A DNA stretch of 50,407 nt from an uncultured Anaerolineales bacterium (lineage in GTDB: Bacteria; Chloroflexota; Anaerolineae; B4-G1; SLSP01), in the NCBI GenBank assembly GCA_964530185.1, contig CAZHBB010000001.1:32239-82645 (forward strand), read 5' to 3'. Shown here piece by piece: positions 39,143-46,786 of the stretch. The position numbers were made by a program, and so were the translations under genes. The notes beneath the pieces were generated by a model. It had not been told where the DNA came from, ran no database searches, and was given only the letters and a program-made list of their open reading frames with translations. Positions within the stretch are counted from its first letter, which is position 1. Each line of letters starts with the position of its first letter.

Positions 39143-40675
39143 TTGCGGATCGGGAGATCGAGCCGGAACCCCTCCGATTTGTGGCTCTATTTAGGGGTGA
39201 TTGGACTTTCCTTCGTGGCCGGGTTGCTCTTCGCACAGTGGGGTTGGTCCCGTGGAATAGAGGAGTTCACCCAGGCGCTGTTTCAGCATCCAGGCCTCGT
39301 GTGGGCCGCCTATCGCCAGCGCGCCACCGTGCCCACCCTGCATTTCGATCTGGCCTTCCAGGACGCTCAGCGGCTCGCATCGCGTCGTGCGCAGGCGCTG
39401 ACCTCGGGCGTGAATCTGGTAGGGGAGGATGATTACGTGCCCGCGCAGGTCAGTTGGGGGGACGCGCGGACGGATGTGAGCATCCGGCTGCCCCAGGCCA
39501 GTGCCTCCTTGCTATCTGGGACGCGCTGGCCGCTGGAGTTAGCGGCCACGCAGTCGGAGCCAGTCTTAGGGATGGCTAGCGCCTTGCTCCTGCCTGCCCG
39601 CGAGGATGCTCTGGTGACTGCGGGCTACCTGACGATGCTGCGCGACGCTGGTTTCCCGGTGGTGGATCGCCACTTCGTGCGTGTGACTTTCAACGGCGTG
39701 GACTGGGGAGTGTATACGATGGAATCGCGCGTGGCTCCGGAGGGGATGTCGTCCGCTGCTGTGATGGTCTCATTCGACACCCGTGAGTTCCTGGCTGCCC
39801 CTGTTCTGGATCGAGCGAGTGGTTTTGCCTATGCCCAGGTCGAGGTCTCATCCCCCGCCCTGGCGGAAGAAGAAGAACTGGTCCTCTCTGCCGAGGTGGC
39901 CCAGCTCCTGCGGGCGATTGCCCAGGGGGAAGCCGCCCCCACGCGGTATTTCGATGCCGACGCGCTGGCCCGTTTCCTGGGGATAACCACGCTGTGGTAC
40001 GGCTCTCCCCTGTTGGACTGGCGAACGGTGCGATGGGCTTACGACCCGGGAAGTCAGACGTTCACACCCATCGGCGTAGGCACGGTTCCAGATCCGACGT
40101 ACGCCTGGCCCCAGGTTTTCACCGACGATCCTTCTTTACAGCGGGCGTACGCCCAGGACTTGCGCAGCCTGAGCGAGCCAGCGGTCCTGGAGTCCCTGGA
40201 CCATACGGCGTTGGAGGCGCTGCGTTTGGCGGTGGGTGCAGATCTGGGGTATCCGCCGCCGCCGTGGGAGATGTTGTGGGAGCACCAGCAGGAGATGCGG
40301 GCTGCTCTCTCCCCCTCACGCACGCTCTTCGCTACGGCTGACGAATATGAGGGGACCCTGCGCATTGCGCTCGAGGCCCTGTTGCCCTTTCCCGTGGAGC
40401 TCCTGGGCCTTGACTTCGGTGACTGGGGGCAGATGCCCATGGATGTCTCGTGGGTGGATCCGAGCACGCGAGCGGCGCTGGTTGAGGCCACGTCGAGTGT
40501 TGTGCTGCGGGCACGGTTGAATGAGACGCCCATGCCGTTCCTTCTGACTATCCCGCTGGAGGTGATCCCGGTTGAGGCCCGGGACGCCATGGGTCGGCTC
40601 TCGCTGGTGACCCGCATTTGGGGACTGGATGGGCTCATCGCGGTCCCGGTGAGCTGGGGGTCAGAGCCGTGGTAG
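39143..40675 (+). CDS. Degenerate CotH-like protein (probable pseudokinase), membrane anchored
   Basis: N-terminal TM. Aligns by eye with the 41394 protein (PTL..D, FV.V..NG...G.Y..E, FD...LA.FL, SLVTRIWGL) but lacks the K, HN and D motifs. Confidence 0.6.
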   Translation: MRIGRSSRNPSDLWLYLGVIGLSFVAGLLFAQWGWSRGIEEFTQALFQHPGLVWAAYRQRATVPTLHFDLAFQDAQRLASRRAQALTSGVNLVGEDDYVPAQVSWGDARTDVSIRLPQASASLLSGTRWPLELAATQSEPVLGMASALLLPAREDALVTAGYLTMLRDAGFPVVDRHFVRVTFNGVDWGVYTMESRVAPEGMSSAAVMVSFDTREFLAAPVLDRASGFAYAQVEVSSPALAEEEELVLSAEVAQLLRAIAQGEAAPTRYFDADALARFLGITTLWYGSPLLDWRTVRWAYDPGSQTFTPIGVGTVPDPTYAWPQVFTDDPSLQRAYAQDLRSLSEPAVLESLDHTALEALRLAVGADLGYPPPPWEMLWEHQQEMRAALSPSRTLFATADEYEGTLRIALEALLPFPVELLGLDFGDWGQMPMDVSWVDPSTRAALVEATSSVVLRARLNETPMPFLLTIPLEVIPVEARDAMGRLSLVTRIWGLDGLIAVPVSWGSEPW

Positions 40676-41379
40676 CGTTTGACGTGACGCACGCTGCCCA
40701 GCCTCGCTATGAGGTCAAGATCCCGCTGCCAGCGGCGCGGTTGCCGGAGATACAGGCCTGGATCCGCGTGCATCCGGCACACTGGCGTGTGGCCTATCCT
40801 GAGCGCCAGGTCAACAACATCTACTTTGACTCGCCAGATTATGCCGGACTGAACGCCAACCTGTCGGGGATCGCAGAGCGGGCCAAACTGCGGCTGCGCT
40901 GGTATGGGACGGTACTCTCCCATGTTGAAGGTGCGCATTTGGAACTCAAGCGCAAACACGGGATGGTGGGCTGGAAAGAGGCGGTAGCCCTAAAAGTATC
41001 GGTTGAGCTTACCTCGCTCACATGGGGCGCCTTCTGTGCCCTCTTGCGTTCGAGCCTGGAACCCGTTGCGCGGCGCTGGCTGGACAGTTTCCCTGTCCCT
41101 GTGCTTCTCAACCACTACCAACGCGCCTATTATGTCACGCTGGATCGCCGTGTCCGCCTCACCGTGGACACCGCCCTGCGGGCCTACACCCAGGGCCTGC
41201 GGGGGCGACCTAACCTGGACCGCCCCGTGTCTATGCCGGTGGAGGAGTGGGTGGTGGTGGAGATTAAGGCACTTAACCGTCCGGTGGACTTCCAACGGCT
41301 GGTGGAGGTGCTGACGGACTCTCCGGTGCGCATCCAGCGCTTCTCGAAGTACGTGCACGGGATGCTGGCCTTCCCATGA
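40669..41379 (+). CDS. VTC-domain (CYTH/triphosphate tunnel) polyphosphate polymerase-like protein
   Basis: RYEVK, VNNIYFDSP, R.KLRLRWYG, LELKRK, Y.R.Y, RLTVD, VVEIK and FSKY. GTG 40669 overlaps the upstream stop. Confidence 0.87.
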   Translation: MVAFDVTHAAQPRYEVKIPLPAARLPEIQAWIRVHPAHWRVAYPERQVNNIYFDSPDYAGLNANLSGIAERAKLRLRWYGTVLSHVEGAHLELKRKHGMVGWKEAVALKVSVELTSLTWGAFCALLRSSLEPVARRWLDSFPVPVLLNHYQRAYYVTLDRRVRLTVDTALRAYTQGLRGRPNLDRPVSMPVEEWVVVEIKALNRPVDFQRLVEVLTDSPVRIQRFSKYVHGMLAFP

Positions 41380-41393
41380 GGGGGATGTGACGG

Positions 41394-44057
41394 GTGTTTG
41401 AGGGAGGATCGGGGTTTGAGATGGGGGGAGCGGGTGGGCGCCGGCCAGGGGTGCCTCGGCCTCCTGTTCTGATGACGCTGGTGATCCTGGCTTTCGTCGC
41501 CGGAGCGATCTCCGCGCGCCTTGTCTGGCCTGCCACAGGGACACCGGCTTCCTCGCTGGCGGTGGTCACAGCGTCACCCATCCCGCCGACGGCTACTCTG
41601 CCGGCGACCCCAACCCCGACGACGCCAGACATCGACGGAGCGCTACCCACACTCTATATTGACATCGCCCCCGATGACTTTGCCAGGATCGCTGCCCGAC
41701 GTGAGGAGGCGTTGGAGCAGTGGATCCTGCTGGCGAGCGATGCAGACTTCGTGCCTGCGACTGTGCGTCTTGGCCAGGGGGATCCTGTCCCTGTGCGGCT
41801 ACGGCTCAAGGGCGATTGGGCCGACCACTTCGCGCGCGATAAATGGTCGTACCGGGTGGAGGTACAGGGGGACCACGCCCTGTTGGGGATGCGTGTCTTC
41901 TCATTGCAGGATCCGTCGACGCGCACTTACCTCAACGAGTGGCTTTTCCTGGAGAACCTGCGGGAGGAGGGGATCCTGGCGGTGGGATATCGCTTCGTCC
42001 AGGTGGTCCAGAACGGGCGCGCCATGGGGATCTACGCCCTGGAGGAAGGGTTTTCCAAGGAGCTGTTGGAGTCTCAGGGGCGTCGGGAGGGCGTTATCCT
42101 GCGCTATGACGAGGATCTGCTCTGGCGGTATTGGGTGGCCTACCTTGATGATGCCGTGGTGCCCCGCGGCGTGATGGATTTTCACTTGATTGATGAATTC
42201 CAGTCGGGTAAAGTGCGCAGTGATCCTCTGCTCTCCGCACAGCGCACGGTGGCCATTGGCCGTTGGCGGGCATGGGAGGAGGGAAAGCTACCGACATCCC
42301 AGGTGTTCGATCTACCCACGCTGGCGAAGTTCCTGGCACTGACCGATGTCTGGGGGGCCAAGCATGCCCTGCGCTGGCACAATCTGCGTTTCTACTACAA
42401 CCCGATCACCACCCGGCTGGAACCAATCGCCTTTGATACGCAGGCTTTGGAGGGTGGGGCTGAGGTTGTGTCCTCGGAGCTGAGTGGCCTGCAGTGGGCG
42501 CTGGCCCGTGGGGACAGCCATCTACAGCGTGCGTACGTGCAGGAGCTTTGGCATTTCTCTCAGCCCGACTATCTGGAGAAGATCCAGTCGCGCTTGGGGG
42601 CGGACTTTGAAGCGTTGCGCGCGGCCCTGATGTCAGAGTTCGGTGGGCAGCGAACCCCTGCAGGCGCCGAGGTGCTTGCACCGCCCTGGACGGTGCTGGC
42701 ACAGCGACAGGCTGCCCTACGAGAGATGCTCTCGCCCATTCAGACGGTCTATGCTTATCTCCCAGCCGACGCGCCTACCACTACGCTGCAGATCGATGCC
42801 GGAAACCTCATGGATTTGCCCGTTGAGGTCGTCGGCGTGCAGGTGGGAGAGGTATGGTTTCCCGCCACACGTATCTCATCCACCTTACGGGCCTCCGCCG
42901 ATGCATTGGTCCTGCCCCCACTCCCCGCGCAGGCGACGGTGATGCCCTATGCCCGGCTGTACGTGCCTGTGGCGCTTCCCCAGCCTACGCCCCCTGCGGA
43001 TCTACCCACACCGAGTCTGGTCACACGGATCTGGGGGCTCACGCAGACCGTGACGCAGCCAGTGGCGTTGAGCTATCCCGCCTCTCTCATCTCCGGACCC
43101 ATGCCGGTTCCTCCGACGCTGGAGGCTGTCCTGGCACAGCACCCGTACCTTGAGGTGGTAGATACGGAGGAACCGATGCTGATGATCCCACCCGGGACCT
43201 GGGAGGTCAGCGAAAGCCTGATCTTGCCAGAAGGATATGGCCTGCGTCTCGAACCCGGCACGACGTTGCGTTTCGCTCCTCAGGCTTTCCTGTTGGCGCA
43301 TGGCGGCCCTCTTCTCTTTGAGGGGCAAGAGGATGCGCCGATCGTGCTGCGGCCAAGCGAGGAGGTGTGGCGCGGTGTCGTTGTCCTGGGCGCGGACATT
43401 CCGTCGGTCTGGCGACACGTGGTGGTGGAGAACACCGATGTCATCACCACCCCAGGGTGGACACTGACCGGTGGCATCACGTTCTATGAGAGCCCTGTCC
43501 GTATTCAGAGCTCGCGTTTGCTTGGGATGCGGGCCGAGGACGGGATAAATGTGGTCCGGACGCGCTTCGAGATCGTGGACACGGAGTTCGCCGCCATGGC
43601 CTCCGATGCCCTGGATGCTGACTTCTGCCAGGGCGTGATCGAACGCTCCCTCTTCTACGATGTTGGGACTGATGGGCTGGACGTGAGTGGCAGCACGGTG
43701 TATGTGCGCGATGTGCAGATGCACAATGTGGGCGACAAAGGTATTTCGGTGGGCGAGGCGAGCTCTCTAACAGGGGAGCATCTGGAGATCATTGGTGCGT
43801 CTTTCGGTGTGGTGAGCAAGGATCTTTCGCGGGTGGTGTTGCGTGATGTGACGATCGCCGAGGTGCGTGTGGCGGGATTGGCGGCCTATACCAAGAAGCC
43901 CGCCTATGGCCCAGCTTCGATCGAGGCGCAGGACGTGACCTTTGTGGATGTCCCCGCGGAGCGGCGGACGCTCGTTCAGACCCATAGTTGGATCGACCTG
44001 GAGCACACCCGCATTTGGGGAGAGGACGTAGACGTCGAGGCTCTGTACAGTCAATGA
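41394..44057 (+). CDS. CotH kinase family protein with C-terminal right-handed beta-helix
   Basis: TM/signal plus a P/T linker, then RLKGD..DH, KWSYRV, FSLQ.P, NEW, GIYALEE and H...W.N.RFYYNP....EPIAFD. Beta-helix repeats EDGIN, SDALDADF, DGLDVSGS and DKGISVGE. Confidence 0.82.
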   Translation: MFEGGSGFEMGGAGGRRPGVPRPPVLMTLVILAFVAGAISARLVWPATGTPASSLAVVTASPIPPTATLPATPTPTTPDIDGALPTLYIDIAPDDFARIAARREEALEQWILLASDADFVPATVRLGQGDPVPVRLRLKGDWADHFARDKWSYRVEVQGDHALLGMRVFSLQDPSTRTYLNEWLFLENLREEGILAVGYRFVQVVQNGRAMGIYALEEGFSKELLESQGRREGVILRYDEDLLWRYWVAYLDDAVVPRGVMDFHLIDEFQSGKVRSDPLLSAQRTVAIGRWRAWEEGKLPTSQVFDLPTLAKFLALTDVWGAKHALRWHNLRFYYNPITTRLEPIAFDTQALEGGAEVVSSELSGLQWALARGDSHLQRAYVQELWHFSQPDYLEKIQSRLGADFEALRAALMSEFGGQRTPAGAEVLAPPWTVLAQRQAALREMLSPIQTVYAYLPADAPTTTLQIDAGNLMDLPVEVVGVQVGEVWFPATRISSTLRASADALVLPPLPAQATVMPYARLYVPVALPQPTPPADLPTPSLVTRIWGLTQTVTQPVALSYPASLISGPMPVPPTLEAVLAQHPYLEVVDTEEPMLMIPPGTWEVSESLILPEGYGLRLEPGTTLRFAPQAFLLAHGGPLLFEGQEDAPIVLRPSEEVWRGVVVLGADIPSVWRHVVVENTDVITTPGWTLTGGITFYESPVRIQSSRLLGMRAEDGINVVRTRFEIVDTEFAAMASDALDADFCQGVIERSLFYDVGTDGLDVSGSTVYVRDVQMHNVGDKGISVGEASSLTGEHLEIIGASFGVVSKDLSRVVLRDVTIAEVRVAGLAAYTKKPAYGPASIEAQDVTFVDVPAERRTLVQTHSWIDLEHTRIWGEDVDVEALYSQ

Positions 44058-45331
44058 AAGGTAGGTCGATCTGGCAACTGGGTTTTGCCCCCTTGCTTCT
44101 CCTTCTGCTCGGTGCCTGTGCGCCCCCCCGTCGCGCGCTCTATGCCGACATCGTCGCCTGGCTGCGCGCCCATGCCCTGAGTTCGGAGTGTGTGGCCGTG
44201 CCGATGGAGGCAGTTGACCTCTTTGAGCCATGGTGCCCTCTGGGGCTGGCGCCGGATCTGACCACGTTTCGCCTGCTGGCGCATCTGGATGAGCATCGGC
44301 CAGACTATGTGCTGGTCCCACGCAGTGTCGGCTGGGATGGCGTCCGTGCACAGCCCTGGTTCCGTGAGCGTTACCATCAGGTCTACGATGCGGCATCCCC
44401 TTATGATGGGGCCACACCGTTGAGGCTCTATGCCTATACCCCGTCACCTTTCGATGTCGGCGAGCGCAAGACTGTGGAGTCGGTGTTTGTGGATGTGCCG
44501 GTCGAGCTGCGGGGATATCGTCTCTCCCTTCCTCCCTCCTTGCCTCTCATCATACCCGGCGAACCCCTTCGGCTGACTCTGTTCTGGCATGAGGAGGTCC
44601 TTGGCGCCCTTCCCACACTGAGCGTACGACTATGGCTCGAAAATGTGCACGATGGCAGAGTGTGGGGACAGGTGAGTATGCGGGGGGAACCCGGCTTGGA
44701 CCCCTTGGGTAAGGGAGACGAGAGGATCACGCGCCACGTGCTACCGATCCCAGAGGATATCCCGACAGGGAGGTATGCCTTGATGGTGAGCCTGAGGCGT
44801 GCTAATGACCGCCCTGTGATGGTGACCAGCGGGGAGGCGAACGGCAGCACTGTGGAGCGGCTGAGATTAACCACGTTGCAACAGGTGCCGAGCGTGGGCA
44901 AGGATCGTCCGCCAGTGGAGTATCCGGTCTTCTTCGAGCTCGGCGGGTCGATTGAGTTGCTGGGCTACGATGCCCCGGTCCGCGCTGCGCCAGGCGAGAC
45001 TGTGCGGTTGACTTTGCTATGGCATGTGTGGGAGCCCGTCGTCCGGGATTACAAAACGTTCGTGCATCTCTATGATCCGGGGGGAAACGTGGTGGTTCAG
45101 GATGACACCAAGCCGTTGGATTGGGCCTATCCCACGCTGCAGTGGCAGCCCGGCGATTATGTGCGTGATACGCACCTTTTGCTCCTGCCTGGGGACCTTC
45201 CCCGTGGGGACTACATGATAGCTGTGGGGATGTACGAAGAGACGAGCGGTGAGCGGCTGTCGGTGACCGATGTCGAAGGAAGCGTGTTGCCCGAGGGACG
45301 GATCTTCTTACACGAGCTACAGGTCCGGTGA
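44054..45331 (+). CDS. Putative lipoprotein with tandem Ig-like domains of the kind found at the C-terminus of Chloroflexota membrane glycosyltransferases
   Basis: ATG 44054 (ATGA overlap) and lipobox LLLGA-C. Two repeats of L.GY......PGE...LTL.W ... P.D.P.G.Y, plus FVHL.D..G..V.Q.D..P.....PT..W.PG. Confidence 0.6.
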   Translation: MKGRSIWQLGFAPLLLLLLGACAPPRRALYADIVAWLRAHALSSECVAVPMEAVDLFEPWCPLGLAPDLTTFRLLAHLDEHRPDYVLVPRSVGWDGVRAQPWFRERYHQVYDAASPYDGATPLRLYAYTPSPFDVGERKTVESVFVDVPVELRGYRLSLPPSLPLIIPGEPLRLTLFWHEEVLGALPTLSVRLWLENVHDGRVWGQVSMRGEPGLDPLGKGDERITRHVLPIPEDIPTGRYALMVSLRRANDRPVMVTSGEANGSTVERLRLTTLQQVPSVGKDRPPVEYPVFFELGGSIELLGYDAPVRAAPGETVRLTLLWHVWEPVVRDYKTFVHLYDPGGNVVVQDDTKPLDWAYPTLQWQPGDYVRDTHLLLLPGDLPRGDYMIAVGMYEETSGERLSVTDVEGSVLPEGRIFLHELQVR

Positions 45332-45340
45332 GTGGTGTCG

Positions 45341-46786
45341 ATGAAGAAGTATGTCTATCCGCTGGGGTTGTTGGTTCTGTTGCTGCCCCTTTTGATGCTC
45401 TCCGATCGCCTGGAGCGTGCGTCAGGACCATCGCCCGAGCCTGGCACGCTGCGCCCCCCGCGTATCTCCCCGATGCCGGGGAGCTATGATCGCAGTGTAA
45501 CGGTGCGCCTGCGTCCTAATGAGTCTCGCCGGCGGATCATCTTCACTACCAATGGGGCTCTGCCCATTCTCTCCTCCCCTGAAGCCTCTGGCACGATGAC
45601 CAGTACAGGGGTTTTCTATGATCGCCCCCTCCGGCTGGATATGGATTTTCCCAATGTAACGGTTTTACGTGCCGTTGAAGTCGCCGGTGATCAGGTAGGG
45701 CCTCCCCTGGAGGCTGTCTACGCTGTGGGCATGGCAGGGGATCTGCCGATCTTGTCGTTGACCGTTGACCCTGAGGATCTGTGGAGTGGCGCCCGTGGGA
45801 TCTTCACCAACCCTACCTGGCGGGGACGCGAATGGGAACGACCAGTCTTTGTGGCATTTCTGCCTGCAGAGGGGGAGGTGGCTTTTGCGACGTCGGCCGG
45901 GCTCCGGGTGGATCAGACAGCCCCGGTGGCAGCACCAAAGTACGCACTGCGCCTGTATTTCCGCACGTCGTATGGTGCGGCGCGGCTGGCATTTCCCTTG
46001 TTTCCCTCTGACCCGCCGCAGCTTGAGCAGGGCCAGGGGTATCAGCGGCTGTTGCTTCAGGCCGGGGATCTGACACCCACCTGGACACTGCTGCGTGATC
46101 AGATAGTGTCAGAGATCGCGTTCGATCTGGGCCTGCCTGCCGCACGAGGTTGCTTCGTGCGGCTCTTCATCAATGGTGAGACGTGGGGGATCTATCGGCT
46201 GACCGAGCGCGTAGATCGCTTCTTCTTAGAGGAACACGATGGGTCTCGCTCCGTCGATATCCTCCAGGATGGCAGGGTACGTGAGGGATCCGATGAGGCA
46301 TGGAACGCATTGATCGCCTGGGCTGCGACTCATGATTTGGCCGATCCGCAGGTCTACGCTCAGGCACGGTCTCAGATCGACCTGGCCAACTTCCGTGACT
46401 GGGCCCTCTTGCAGCAATATTTCGGCTTCCCAGCGGATGCACTGTACGCCGTGCGCCCCGACGGTGGACGATGGCGCTGGGTCTATGTGGGAGGGGGGAC
46501 CTCTCAGTCGCGGAATGACTTTGCAAGGCTTCAGCGGGCATTGCTGAGGAATCAGGAGTACCGCGCCGGTGCTGCCCGACGGGCCAGGGCACTGCTGGAT
46601 ACCTCTCTCAGTCCAGGTGCCATAGCAGATTGTCTGGCAGAGGCTACGGCCTCGCTGGCACGCGACTTTGCCTTTGAGCGCGCGCGGTGGCCCAATATCG
46701 CGGCCCTGGACGCTCAGGTGACCGCGCTGTCTGCTGGCCTGGAAGCCAATCGGATGCGCCTGCAGAACTCCCTACAGGATCAATGA
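45341..46786 (+). CDS. CotH-family protein with N-terminal Fn3-associated/chitobiase-C-like domain, catalytic motifs degenerate
   Basis: Signal/TM, then P.ISP.PG.Y and I.FTTNG..P, LPILSL, GREWERP, K..LRLYFR..YG, LRD and LFING..WGIY.L.ER. The DW..NN and D.D motifs are absent. Confidence 0.7.
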   Translation: MKKYVYPLGLLVLLLPLLMLSDRLERASGPSPEPGTLRPPRISPMPGSYDRSVTVRLRPNESRRRIIFTTNGALPILSSPEASGTMTSTGVFYDRPLRLDMDFPNVTVLRAVEVAGDQVGPPLEAVYAVGMAGDLPILSLTVDPEDLWSGARGIFTNPTWRGREWERPVFVAFLPAEGEVAFATSAGLRVDQTAPVAAPKYALRLYFRTSYGAARLAFPLFPSDPPQLEQGQGYQRLLLQAGDLTPTWTLLRDQIVSEIAFDLGLPAARGCFVRLFINGETWGIYRLTERVDRFFLEEHDGSRSVDILQDGRVREGSDEAWNALIAWAATHDLADPQVYAQARSQIDLANFRDWALLQQYFGFPADALYAVRPDGGRWRWVYVGGGTSQSRNDFARLQRALLRNQEYRAGAARRARALLDTSLSPGAIADCLAEATASLARDFAFERARWPNIAALDAQVTALSAGLEANRMRLQNSLQDQ

